Shown: positions 1-9,588, counted from the stretch's first letter. The stretch is DNA of 42,413 bases from Myxococcota bacterium (GCA_036339465.1 JAYZAY010000097.1:1-42413), one strand, 5' to 3'. Notes: generated from the sequence alone by a model not told the origin. Numbers and translations: made by a program.

Positions 1-1
1 G

Positions 2-313
2 GTTCCTTATTATCTCCTTAAATCTGCCGGGAAGAAAATACGTTTTGTGGACTTTAAGGGCTTAACTACCAGAGACATTCATGGGTGTGAATGGGATTGG
101 GTAGAGTCGCCGTATGTCTATTTTGGTGACCTATTGAACTGTATCCAAGGCCACCTTGATTATGTTTATGACCTCGACCGACCGCCTTTCAAAAGGTTGG
201 GCACGTTAGACGAACATGGTTGTAAACAGATTCTTCTCGATGAAACTTTGATTGGCTCATCGGTGATGAAGACGGGAAGGTCGAGCTGGCAGTTTATCGC
301 CAAGTGTGAATGA
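2..313 (+). CDS. C-terminal fragment of a gene entering from the window edge; possibly a GT-C-like membrane glycosyltransferase
   Basis: Frame 2 is open from position 2 (VPYYLLKSAGKKIRFVDFKGLTTRDIH...) to TGA at 311-313. PYY...D-x-x-G-L-T resembles a periplasmic motif of GT-C-like proteins (weak recall). Confidence 0.4.
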   Translation, partial: VPYYLLKSAGKKIRFVDFKGLTTRDIHGCEWDWVESPYVYFGDLLNCIQGHLDYVYDLDRPPFKRLGTLDEHGCKQILLDETLIGSSVMKTGRSSWQFIAKCE

Positions 314-865
314 CCGCTTTTGGATAAAGTCTTTGTCAACCCATCGAACCCTGCTCAAACACGCAGAACTGACCTACATGGTTGCTGCCCCCTGCTCGCC
401 ATTCGGTAGGTGGTCCCCGGTAGGCGGTCGGTATAATCCTTCATACCACGACAACATAACGGCATCTTGGCCCTTTAAGAACAGGATAGAGTCGTAATCG
501 TTTTCTCTTAGCGAGTGGATATGGTTTATCTAAGCCATTTGATTATTTGGGCTTGAAGCCACGAGTTTCGTGGTGACTGGGCGCAGACTTCTTGGTCACA
601 GGGTTGGCGGGGATATTTTTTGGTCGCTCAATTATCTGATGTTCCAACATGGTCGCCTTACTCCAAGGTTGGGAGGAACTGAATAGCGCGGATATTCGTG
701 TGATCGAACGGGTTTTTGGAGCAGAAGTAGATTTCGGCCTGATGGATTAATCGAGTCAAGGTCTGACTTCAGTTTTGGTATGTAAGCAGGGGGCTACTGG
801 GAACGATCGGAGAGAGTGGAGTTAACTTGATTTGGCCGGGCAGTTCGCTGCCGTGTTGGTCCCCC

Positions 866-2617
866 TCACTCAAAAACACAAAACTGGCCTACCCGGGTCC
901 CGCCCATGTTGGCGATACGACAGGTCGCCCCCGCCAATCGGTCTGTGCAGTCGCTGGTGCTGCCGCACATGCTCGAACATCGGCGATTCACACACCAGTC
1001 GCTGGCGCACTCGCTGTCGGTGTTGCAGGTGGTGCCGTCTGCCGCGGTTCCAGAGCCCATCTTGGGCAAGCATACGGGGGTCCAGCCGGTTTGGGTGTTG
1101 AGTAGCATCGGCCAAGGCTGACACGCGCTTTCGCTTTCGCAGTCCCCATTGGAGCGGCAGTGGTCCACACAGGTTCCGCTACAGGTCCCCGAAGCACAAT
1201 CACTGTTGCTATTGCAAAGCTCGGTGGAATCTCCCGTGCAACTTCCCGCACAAATACCACTGTCGCATTCCAGGCCTTGAGCACAGCTCTCCCCCACAGA
1301 CTTCAGGGTAAAGTCAAAGCCGTTGGCCGTGCCCACAGCGCTATTGACCGCACTCCCCGCGCAGAAGTGATAATCCGATGATTCGTAAACGGCCAGAGTG
1401 GGCTCAGCTTGGAACCAATGGGCAATGCACACCTCGTTGGTGTCACAATCCCGATTGGCCCCACACATGCGCATGCAGGTGTTGTTGCCTAAGCACATCA
1501 ACGATTGGCAGCTGTTGGTTGTGCCCAAACAAGTCGCTCCCGGTGCCGTGGTAAAGGGGTAGCCAGGGAAGGGCGAACCATCTTCTAAGGTAGCGGGCAT
1601 GCTGCCTTTGGGCCGACACAATACCGCGCCGTCTAAAGTGCCACTCATGAAATTGAAACACGCAAATTCCGAAGGACAATCATCGAGGCCACCCTGCCCA
1701 TTGCCCACACAGGCCCGCGTGCAGAAGGAACTCTCGGCGGTGGTGATGCAATCCATCCCCGACCCACAAGGCTGTGTGGCTGAACATGGATTGCCCAATC
1801 CCGGGGTTTGAGCTGCCGTATTACCGCCATTGCCGCTATTGCCGCCATTGCCGCCGTTACCGCCATTGCCGCCATTGCCGCCATTGCCGCTATTGCCGCC
1901 ATTCCCGCCACTGGTTCCGCCTGTGTCTCCACCGGTGCCGGTTTCCTCTGAGCCATTCCCAATATCGACGCCACCGCCGCCGCTGCTACCAATGCACTTG
2001 CCAGCCAGACACTCCTTGCCTTCGCCGCAGGTTAAGGTGTCTGAGCAAGGTGCGCATTGGCCCACGCTTAAGTCACAAACTTCGAGGAAGGGCTCGCACT
2101 GGCCTTGGGTGGCGCAACTGGGACGAGTCTCATTTCGCACACACTGGTTGTTTTCGCAGATGCCGTCGTGGGGACAGTGGGCGTTGGTGGTACACTGCAC
2201 GCAACTGCCGGAGTTGAATTCGCACACCAAACTTCCCTCGCATTGATCAATATGGCTGCAGCTCCCCTCGTCTAGGGATATGCAGGCACCCTCGCGGCAG
2301 ACTGTGGAATCATCGGTGGAACAATGCGCGTCGATGAGGCAAGTAACACATACTTCGTTCACCAAATCGCAATACATGGCCGCCGGACAATCATTGGTAC
2401 TGCGGCATGTTTGAGGCGCTAGAGGAGCATCGCTAGAATTGCTGTGGTCACCACCGGCGCCCGTTGTGGGTGTCATGGCTTCACCGTCATTGGGGTCGTC
2501 GCAGAGCTTGTCTGCGCAGGGTCTGGAGCGGTTGGAGCTTCGGCTCCCACAAGCGCTGAGGGTGGATACAACAAGCATTAAGGCACCAAAAAAAACGAGC
2601 GCAGTACGACGACTCAT
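866..2617 (-). CDS. Cys-rich repeat lipoprotein with Gly/Asn linker
   Basis: Signal peptide with lipobox LSAC; many C-x3/x4-(D/H/E/Q)C repeats; central (GNG)n low-complexity linker; 583 aa. Confidence 0.85.
   Translation of the reverse strand: MSRRTALVFFGALMLVVSTLSACGSRSSNRSRPCADKLCDDPNDGEAMTPTTGAGGDHSNSSDAPLAPQTCRSTNDCPAAMYCDLVNEVCVTCLIDAHCSTDDSTVCREGACISLDEGSCSHIDQCEGSLVCEFNSGSCVQCTTNAHCPHDGICENNQCVRNETRPSCATQGQCEPFLEVCDLSVGQCAPCSDTLTCGEGKECLAGKCIGSSGGGGVDIGNGSEETGTGGDTGGTSGGNGGNSGNGGNGGNGGNGGNGGNSGNGGNTAAQTPGLGNPCSATQPCGSGMDCITTAESSFCTRACVGNGQGGLDDCPSEFACFNFMSGTLDGAVLCRPKGSMPATLEDGSPFPGYPFTTAPGATCLGTTNSCQSLMCLGNNTCMRMCGANRDCDTNEVCIAHWFQAEPTLAVYESSDYHFCAGSAVNSAVGTANGFDFTLKSVGESCAQGLECDSGICAGSCTGDSTELCNSNSDCASGTCSGTCVDHCRSNGDCESESACQPWPMLLNTQTGWTPVCLPKMGSGTAADGTTCNTDSECASDWCVNRRCSSMCGSTSDCTDRLAGATCRIANMGGTRVGQFCVFE
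1820..1909. repeat. Ten tandem 9-bp units (consensus ATTGCCGCC) encoding the GGN/SGN linker
   Basis: Read directly: attaccgcc attgccgct attgccgcc attgccgcc gttaccgcc attgccgcc attgccgcc attgccgct attgccgcc attcccgcc. Confidence 0.95.
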
Positions 2618-2970
2618 CGAGGAAACTCCTTACAAGCACGAAGCTGTCATTGTTGGATACCGAGCGACTTGGACAAAGGTCGGTTCAGTAAACCTACTTA
2701 AACAGACAAAAACCTACGCTGGATAAGAGGTTTTTGAAACCATAAATGCGCTTGTGACTGTTGAATAGTGACAATTAATAAATATCTGTGACCACAGAAA
2801 GTACAAACATGTAGGGCTTTTTCCGGGTGTCTGGGTGATGCTGTGTGGGGGGATTTCGGAAGAGTTCACCCATTGAGACTGAATTTATGTGTTCTTGGGG
2901 GTGGCAACCGCATCCTAGCTCAGTTATCTAGGCCGCATCGAAAAGAAATTCGGAGAAAGGTGAGTTTCCT

Positions 2971-4488
2971 ATGCAAGTTTCATTTGTGGCAGGTTCAATC
3001 GAAAAAGTGAAGGCGGATTTTGTGGCCGCTGGGGTTTATCAGGGCGATAAAAAGGTGGAGCTCGGGCATTTGGAGGCCCGGGCAAATGGGACCCTCAAGA
3101 CCCTGGGCACCAACGCTAAGCGGTCTAATTTTGATGGCAAAATCGGCCAGAAATATCAGTGCACGCTCCTAAATGGAGAGGGGAGTCAGGATTTCTTGCT
3201 CTTGGGAATGGGGCAGAGAGAAAAAGTAACCGCTCAGTCTCTCACCAATCTCGCGGCAGATGCGGTGAAGCAAGCGCAAAGTGTTGGTGCTTCAAATGCC
3301 ATATTGGTGCTTCCCGAATTGGGAGAAGACGGTGCGAAGGTGGTTGAAGATCTTGCGCGAGGTGCTTCCTTGGGAACCTATAAATACGACGTGTATCGTT
3401 CTGAGAAAGACAAGTCCAAGGGGCTTAAGAAACTGGTGGTGGCGGTTACCACGGAAGTGGATGCCAAGACCAAGAAGTCTGTCGCTCAGGGAATGTCTCG
3501 GGGCCAAAAGGTCGCGGCGGGTGTAGCCCTAGCGAGAAACCTTGTGAATGAGCCTCCGAGTGACCTTTATCCCGAAACATTTGCGAAGCAAGCTGAGAAT
3601 ATGGCCAAGGCGGAAGGTCTTAAGTGTAAGGTTTATAAGCCTGCGGAACTCAAAAAGATGAAAATGAATCTCCTTTTGGGCGTAGGCCAGGGGAGCGCTC
3701 AGACCCCTCGGTTGGTTCATCTTACTTACACGCCCGCATCGGCCAAAGATGCCAAGAAAGCTCCCATTGTTTTGGTGGGCAAAGGAATCACCTTTGATTC
3801 CGGTGGCCTTTGTTTGAAACCTGCCGGCAGCATGAGTGGCATGAAAATGGATATGGGCGGTGCTGCTGCGGTGATGGGTGCGATGCTTGCTGTGGCTCGG
3901 TCAAAACCAAAGATTCCAGTTCATGGGATCTTAGCCTTGGCGGAAAATATGCCTTCGGGCACGGCGATTCGGTTGGACGATGTCATCAAAGGTGCGTCAG
4001 GTAAGACTGTAGAAGTTAATAACACCGATGCAGAGGGGCGTTTGGTACTCGCCGATGCCCTACATTATGCCACCGGATTAAAGCCCCGGTACATTGTGGA
4101 TTTGGCAACGCTCACGGGTGCTTGTATGGTGGCCCTTGGGCCTCACACCGTCGGACTTTTCAGCAATGACGACGACTTAGCCAATAGCCTATTGAATAGC
4201 TCCGACGGTGCCGGAGAGCATTTCTGGCGCTTACCGCTTACGGAGAGGCTCCGGGAGCAACTCAAGAGTGACGTGGCGGATATGAAAAACACCGGGGAGC
4301 GATTTGGCGGGGCGATTACCGCAGCGCTCTTTTTGAAAGAGTTTGTGGGCGACAATGCCTGGGCACACCTCGATATTGCGGGTGCGGCCATGACCACCAG
4401 TGAGAGCGGCGCGTCCACCAAGGGTGGATCGGGTGTTGCGGTGGCAACCCTTGTGGATTGGATCCAGGGTATGCCATCATCTAAGTAA
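2971..4488 (+). CDS. pepA: Leucyl aminopeptidase (M17)
   Basis: Motifs GKGITFDSGG, MKMDMGGAAAV, NTDAEGRLVLAD, LATLTGA, WAHLDIAG; SD-like AAGGTGAG upstream. Confidence 0.97.
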   Translation: MQVSFVAGSIEKVKADFVAAGVYQGDKKVELGHLEARANGTLKTLGTNAKRSNFDGKIGQKYQCTLLNGEGSQDFLLLGMGQREKVTAQSLTNLAADAVKQAQSVGASNAILVLPELGEDGAKVVEDLARGASLGTYKYDVYRSEKDKSKGLKKLVVAVTTEVDAKTKKSVAQGMSRGQKVAAGVALARNLVNEPPSDLYPETFAKQAENMAKAEGLKCKVYKPAELKKMKMNLLLGVGQGSAQTPRLVHLTYTPASAKDAKKAPIVLVGKGITFDSGGLCLKPAGSMSGMKMDMGGAAAVMGAMLAVARSKPKIPVHGILALAENMPSGTAIRLDDVIKGASGKTVEVNNTDAEGRLVLADALHYATGLKPRYIVDLATLTGACMVALGPHTVGLFSNDDDLANSLLNSSDGAGEHFWRLPLTERLREQLKSDVADMKNTGERFGGAITAALFLKEFVGDNAWAHLDIAGAAMTTSESGASTKGGSGVAVATLVDWIQGMPSSK

Positions 4489-5282
4489 TGAAGTCATGGC
4501 AGCAGTTGTTGGACCGGGCCAACATCTTTTTTCAACAGGGGCGATGTCACCAAGCCCTGCAGTATTGCGATAAAGCAGCCTTTGAAGCCAAGGATGGGCG
4601 CTATGAAGCCCGCCTGCTTCGCGGACGTATTCTTTTGGAGCTTGGAGACGTGCGGGGGGCTTTGAGCGCCTTTGAGAGTATTGCCTCCATCGACATTTTA
4701 GATGCACGTGTGGATTTTCACCGCGGCGCGGCGCTTTTTGAGCTGGGGCGCTTGGCTGAAGCGGATGGGGCGCTTCGGAGTGCGGTTCGTTGTGATGACA
4801 CCCTGGCTGAAGGATATTATTTGTTGGGCTTGATATCGGAATTACTTCAGACCGAGGAAGAGGAGCATTTTTTCCGCGAGGCTAGGCGTTTGGAGCCGGA
4901 GACATACAGCCCGAGTTGCCACCGCCGACATGAAGATTTTGAGGATTTGATTTATGCTGCCGTTTTGCGTTTCCCCGAACCCGTTCAACACGCGTTAGAG
5001 CAATATTCTATTGTTATTTCAGAGCTTCCCTTGGTGGATCAACGCCGCAAGATTTATCCTGAAATGTCTCCTCGGTCTTTGGCTTTGGTTTGGGGCACGC
5101 CCCTAACCAGCGGTGGTGTGGAAGGGGGTGAACCATGTTTGATGGTCTTTAAGCGCAATGTGGAGCGCGCTTTGAAGACCGATGATGAAATTGTTGCGCA
5201 TTTGGCTGGTGGGGTATTGCGTGAATTTGTGAATTCTCTTGATGAAATAGAAATAAACCTTGACGATTATTCACTCGACTGA
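4488..5282 (+). CDS. TPR-repeat protein with C-terminal Zincin_1-like domain, metal motif degenerate
   Basis: N-terminal TPR-like helices (RGRILLELGDVRGAL, RGAALFELGRLAEA); C-terminal 'LMVFKRNVER...VLREF' matches the Zincin_1 layout; TAATG coupling to pepA. Confidence 0.75.
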   Translation: MKSWQQLLDRANIFFQQGRCHQALQYCDKAAFEAKDGRYEARLLRGRILLELGDVRGALSAFESIASIDILDARVDFHRGAALFELGRLAEADGALRSAVRCDDTLAEGYYLLGLISELLQTEEEEHFFREARRLEPETYSPSCHRRHEDFEDLIYAAVLRFPEPVQHALEQYSIVISELPLVDQRRKIYPEMSPRSLALVWGTPLTSGGVEGGEPCLMVFKRNVERALKTDDEIVAHLAGGVLREFVNSLDEIEINLDDYSLD

Positions 5283-6324
5283 TTTTCCCATCCTCGAGTT
5301 CGGGGAACAAAACGAGGCTGGTATGGCGGTAGTAGAGCAATACATAGAATCTTTTGACGGGACGCGGTTGTTTACCTCCACCAGTGGAGAGGGTCCAATC
5401 CCGGTGGTTTTGTGCGATGGGTTGGGCTGTGATGGGTTTATTTGGCAGCATTTACGTCCTGTTTTTGAAGATCGCTGCACTTTTTACCACTTTCATTACC
5501 GGGGCCATGGTCTCAGTGCTTTGCCCGCGGTGGCCAACGCATTAACGGTTCGGGATTTGCGTTCTGATCTCAAGGCGGTGATGGACCACTATTGCCTCGA
5601 TCGTGCTGTGCTTATGGGCCATTCCATGGGTGTGCAGGTGATTTTGGATATGGCCATTCATCATCCCGAACGAATTTTGGGGTTGGTTCCCTCCTGTGGA
5701 AGCTTCGGACATCCATTGGATACATTCCATAATACGGATCTGATGGGACGGGTGCTTCCTTATTTACGGAAAATGCTGAAGATCTCCCAAAGGGTCGCTC
5801 AAAAGTTTTGGTCAAAATCCCTCACCACTGAAATTGCCTATCAGTTTGCGGTGAATCTCGAAGTGAATGGGAAAGTCCTCCGAAGAGAAGAGTTTGCGCC
5901 CTATTTTCGGCATCTTGCAATGATGGACGTCGGTGTGTTTTTGGGTATCGTCGAAGGTATGTCCGACCATTCCTGTGAACCGTTTCTTGATTGTATCAAG
6001 GTTCCTACTTTGGTGGTGGCTGGTCAATACGATACTTTCACCCCAGCTTTCTTGTCGGAAAAAATGGTACGACTTATTCCAAATTCAGAGCTTTTAATGA
6101 TTCCCGGCGGCACTCACGTGGCTCCGATCGAAATTCCAGAATTGCTCCATCTGAGACTTCGAGATTTTCTGGATACGAAAATAGCGCCCTTAATTGCACT
6201 TAAGAAAAAGGCAACGAAACCTCGGAGCAATGGCGCCACGAAGAAAAAAACGGTGAAAAAGAAAGCCCCTGCCAGAAAAAAGGTGGCGACCGTTAAGGCG
6301 CCTGGCCAAGAAGTGCAAGCTTGA
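5260..6324 (+). CDS. Alpha/beta hydrolase with Lys-rich C-terminal tail (start may be ATG 5323)
   Basis: DGLG oxyanion loop, RGHG, nucleophile elbow GHSMG, 'GQYDTFTP' Asp and 'GGTH' His. Confidence 0.9.
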   Translation: MTIIHSTDFPILEFGEQNEAGMAVVEQYIESFDGTRLFTSTSGEGPIPVVLCDGLGCDGFIWQHLRPVFEDRCTFYHFHYRGHGLSALPAVANALTVRDLRSDLKAVMDHYCLDRAVLMGHSMGVQVILDMAIHHPERILGLVPSCGSFGHPLDTFHNTDLMGRVLPYLRKMLKISQRVAQKFWSKSLTTEIAYQFAVNLEVNGKVLRREEFAPYFRHLAMMDVGVFLGIVEGMSDHSCEPFLDCIKVPTLVVAGQYDTFTPAFLSEKMVRLIPNSELLMIPGGTHVAPIEIPELLHLRLRDFLDTKIAPLIALKKKATKPRSNGATKKKTVKKKAPARKKVATVKAPGQEVQA

Positions 6325-6391
6325 ATCTCACAACCTTTGGGCTAATGTCAGGATGCCCGAACTTTTTGTTTTGTTTGAATTTGAGATTGCG

Positions 6392-7135
6392 CTATTCCTC
6401 TTTTTGACTGAGCTTATCCGCGATGGCCTTGATCTTATCCAATTTGGTGTTCACTTCTCTTTTCCTCTGTGCTTTGGGAGATAGTCCCACGGGGCCTTTG
6501 GTGACGAGTTGTCCGCTTGTAAGCATTTTCGGACCGTAATAGGGGTTTTGGATCGCTCCCTTTTCTTGTAGCCAGGTGGCGTTGAAGACCGGGCAGTAAT
6601 AGACATCGAGGCCTGGGGGCCGGGCGATCGAAGCCCAAACGGTAAAGGAACGTGATATTTCTTTGAAGTAGATTCTGATTTTTTCAATGTCGGCATCTTT
6701 CCCTTTGTAGATCAGTCGTCCGAATCGTCGTAAATTGGTTGGAATGTCGCGGAATAGAGGGGAGACTCCTGGGGGCATTTTCTCTGGCAAAAACCCTTTG
6801 AATTTTAGAGCGATAAGCCCCGCCGAACGGTGAATCCTCCAAAGCCGGCCTTGGGCGAGATATTTGTGTATTTCGAGATAGGCAGGCAGGGATTCAAGCA
6901 TCACCACTTCAAAAGGTCTTTGGGGTGGTCCTTGGTCGAAGTCTTCGTCTTTATTTGTTTGCGCCTTTGTCTTTGCGCCTTTGTCTTTCTTTTTCTTTTT
7001 CTTTTTCTTTTTCTGGGCCAAGGCTTCCTGTTGCCCAGGCACGATGGGGCCTAATACCACGGGCATACCGATGGCGAGGGTCAGCCAAAATAGCCAGGGT
7101 TTCAATATAAAACGATTGCTTCTAGTCCTCATCAC
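6392..7135 (-). CDS. Exported DUF3347-like protein with poly-Lys tract
   Basis: YYCPVFNATWLQ...IQNPYYGPKMLTSG resembles the DUF3347 C-terminal motif; hydrophobic N-terminus then ALA-QK9. Confidence 0.7.
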   Translation of the reverse strand: MMRTRSNRFILKPWLFWLTLAIGMPVVLGPIVPGQQEALAQKKKKKKKKKDKGAKTKAQTNKDEDFDQGPPQRPFEVVMLESLPAYLEIHKYLAQGRLWRIHRSAGLIALKFKGFLPEKMPPGVSPLFRDIPTNLRRFGRLIYKGKDADIEKIRIYFKEISRSFTVWASIARPPGLDVYYCPVFNATWLQEKGAIQNPYYGPKMLTSGQLVTKGPVGLSPKAQRKREVNTKLDKIKAIADKLSQKEE

Positions 7136-7841
7136 CTAAACTTATGTCGAAGTTAGCGCCAATTCGAAACTCGGTGAACCAATAGCTCCGTAGTTTATTT
7201 GGCACCAGCGTAAGGCTCGTAGTCTCTGCCGTGTTTGTTGTGGTGGCAGCATCCGCGGTTTCTGTATCCCCAGTGGTTGCATCATCGGTGGTTGTGGCAG
7301 TGGTGTCTGCGAGATTGGTGCTGAACTCAATTTGCTGATTTGGGTTTTGAAAACTGGGTTCTCGGCGGAGGTGGGCGCCGGCTTCGATGAAGAAGGGGAT
7401 GCCTGAGAAAGTAAAGGTATGGCCGATGCCAAAGCCAACGGTGGTTTGTTTTTCTCCTCCCAGAAAGCTATCGTCTTCTTTGCCGGCCCCATCGTATGCC
7501 GCAAGGATATGGGGAAAGATTAAGTGAAGTTTGCCATACCAGTTTAAACTCCTCGGCGATATTTTGATGCCCAAACGCATTTCCAGATCATTGGTCTGAC
7601 CAGTTTTACGGATGGGATCGACGATGTAGAGTAAACTGAGCTCGCCGATGACTTGAGGGGTTAGCGCATAGCCACCGATCACTGCCAGGGAGGTTTGTCG
7701 GCTTTGGAAAGCCGGTTCGGGGTTCATTTGAAGTTCATGACCAAAGCTGGTGCCCAGAGTCAGCTGGGCTAGGACCGAATTCGGAAGGCATATCACGATG
7801 CAAAAGACCAATAAGTAGCCGAACTTCCGTAACTTTTCCAT
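7122..7841 (-). CDS. Putative outer-membrane beta-barrel protein with Thr-rich loop
   Basis: ATG 7841 preceded by GGGGAGAG; signal peptide ending VLA-Q; alternating beta-strand patterns; terminal strand FRIGANF. Confidence 0.65.
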   Translation of the reverse strand: MEKLRKFGYLLVFCIVICLPNSVLAQLTLGTSFGHELQMNPEPAFQSRQTSLAVIGGYALTPQVIGELSLLYIVDPIRKTGQTNDLEMRLGIKISPRSLNWYGKLHLIFPHILAAYDGAGKEDDSFLGGEKQTTVGFGIGHTFTFSGIPFFIEAGAHLRREPSFQNPNQQIEFSTNLADTTATTTDDATTGDTETADAATTTNTAETTSLTLVPNKLRSYWFTEFRIGANFDISLGDED

Positions 7842-7913
7842 CTCTCCCCCCCACAGCCCTACTTGGATCCACTTACCTGAGTATACACCTAGTTTCTCAG
7901 GTTTCACGAAAGT

Positions 7914-8690
7914 TTATCGAGCTCTATTCAATATCTCCTGGGCGTGTTCCTGCACTTCCCCTTGGGCATCGTCGGAAATTTTCTGAAGTGTAGCCCAGGC
8001 TTGAGGTGTGGCTAGGGCTCCCAGACCATCGATACAGCTGTGTTTGATGTGGTTTGGCCCCGATTTTAACCCACTTTGGAGCAGGGAAAGTGCTTCCGGA
8101 TGATTTGATTCGCCCAGGAAATAGTAGGCGGCACATTTTTCTTCGCGCCGGCGACAAGTGATCCGGTCTTGGAGATACTCCATGCCCAAGGAATTTCCGA
8201 GCCGGCAAAGGGCGGCGGCAGCTTGAAGTCGGTCGGCCCATGGGTACCACCAGCGTTCTACATAGGGTTTGAGGGCCACAATGGCCAAAGTGTCTCCGCT
8301 TGCTCCCAAGGAACGAATGGCATCGAGGCGGTGAGTGCTTTTGGGTAGGAAGGAGGCGAGGCAACCGGTGGCTCTGATATCTTGCATTTCAGCCAAGGCG
8401 ATGGCTGCTTCGAATCGCACCTGTCCACTGGGGTCTTTGAGTCTTTGGGCAAGGGTCTCTTTAAGCTTGTGGGAGAATTCTCGTAGCTCCTTTGTACGTA
8501 CCTTGTCACCGAGGCAACAGGCAGCAGAACTTCGAATTTCATGGTCTGGATCGGAGAGCAGTTTTATCAAACCGGGAATATCCGTTTTTTCCAGTTTTTG
8601 CGCCCAGCTTTCTTCCGCGTTCTTAACTTGGGCGGCTTGGGTCGATGACGTGGCTGAGAATTCGCTCCCAGGCGAGGGTTCGGTTGGCAT
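7914..8690 (-). CDS. HEAT/PBS-lyase-like repeat protein
   Basis: Repeats LLSDPDHEIRSSAACCLG, LKDPSGQVRFEAAIALA, RLQAAAALCRLG. Start placed at ATG 8690 to limit overlap with holB (uncertain). Confidence 0.85.
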   Translation of the reverse strand: MPTEPSPGSEFSATSSTQAAQVKNAEESWAQKLEKTDIPGLIKLLSDPDHEIRSSAACCLGDKVRTKELREFSHKLKETLAQRLKDPSGQVRFEAAIALAEMQDIRATGCLASFLPKSTHRLDAIRSLGASGDTLAIVALKPYVERWWYPWADRLQAAAALCRLGNSLGMEYLQDRITCRRREEKCAAYYFLGESNHPEALSLLQSGLKSGPNHIKHSCIDGLGALATPQAWATLQKISDDAQGEVQEHAQEILNRAR

Positions 8691-9588
8691 TGACTCGAGT
8701 CCTATTTTGGTAGTCGATTGTGGCTTGGTAAACCGAGCCATTGGTTTTCCAGGTTGCGGCGACATTGGTTTTCCCATGGGAATGAATTGGCGACGCGCCG
8801 AAATGTGTGGCCATGTTGTCCCTTAATTTGGTGCACCATAGGAGAAATGCGAGTCGGCTGGTCTCGGTTTTACCACCGAGGTCCGATGCCAGCGTCACCA
8901 ATTCAAGGCTGTTGGGGCTTTTTAGAAAACGGTTCATTTTTTGGTCGAGTTCTTCTAGTTGTTTGTACTTTTCTTCCAAATTGTCCCGTTCTAGTTCCAG
9001 GATTCGTGCGAGTACGGGGTTGGGTTGCTCAATGCCGATGCTTTTCAAATGTTCTAATTGAAGCTCGATGGAACCCGAGTTTAGGTGAATGCGTTGAACC
9101 CGTGACCGGACGGTGACCAAAAGCGATCTGTATGCCGTGGTGGTAATAAAGAAAAATGCCGGGCCCGGTGGTTCTTCCAGGGTTTTTAGAAGGGCATTTT
9201 GGGCGGCTGGGTTCATCTTATCGCCACGGGAAATCAGGATCACATGGGCGTGGGAAATCGATGGTTTATGGGAAAGCCGTCGGTTGAGTTCACGAATGGG
9301 TTCGATTCCAATGGAATTTCTTTCGTTGGGAATGATGGAGATGGCGTCTGGGTGTCCGCCACTTTTAATTTGGGCACAAGACAGGCATACGCCACACCCA
9401 CTGTGTAACTCTGTACTTGGATTTTGGCAGAGCGCAGACTGAGCCACGGCGCGGCTGAATTGGTCGGCCAATTCGATATTTCGGGTACTGAAAACAGTTC
9501 CGTGGTGTAGGCGATTTTGCGCGAGTGCCCGACCGAGCTTATGAGTTGCGGTGGGTTGTCTGTTTTTCCAGGGGATCAAAACTGCCAT
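8623..9588 (-). CDS. holB: DNA polymerase III delta-prime subunit
   Basis: Zn motif LC...CGVCLSC, HPD, AAQNALLKTLEEPP, TVRSR, C-terminal NANRTLAWE. Confidence 0.9.
   Translation of the reverse strand: MAVLIPWKNRQPTATHKLGRALAQNRLHHGTVFSTRNIELADQFSRAVAQSALCQNPSTELHSGCGVCLSCAQIKSGGHPDAISIIPNERNSIGIEPIRELNRRLSHKPSISHAHVILISRGDKMNPAAQNALLKTLEEPPGPAFFFITTTAYRSLLVTVRSRVQRIHLNSGSIELQLEHLKSIGIEQPNPVLARILELERDNLEEKYKQLEELDQKMNRFLKSPNSLELVTLASDLGGKTETSRLAFLLWCTKLRDNMATHFGASPIHSHGKTNVAATWKTNGSVYQATIDYQNRTRVNANRTLAWERILSHVIDPSRPS

Noticed and set aside
306..497. 63-aa ORF overlapping the stop of the edge gene
   Set aside because: No recognisable motif or clear SD. A small gene or frameshifted continuation cannot be excluded but is unsupported.
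1645..2246. Pro/Leu-, Arg/His/Cys- and Ala/Met-repeat ORFs
   Set aside because: Alternative-frame or antisense readings of the 9-bp GGN repeat inside the lipoprotein gene.
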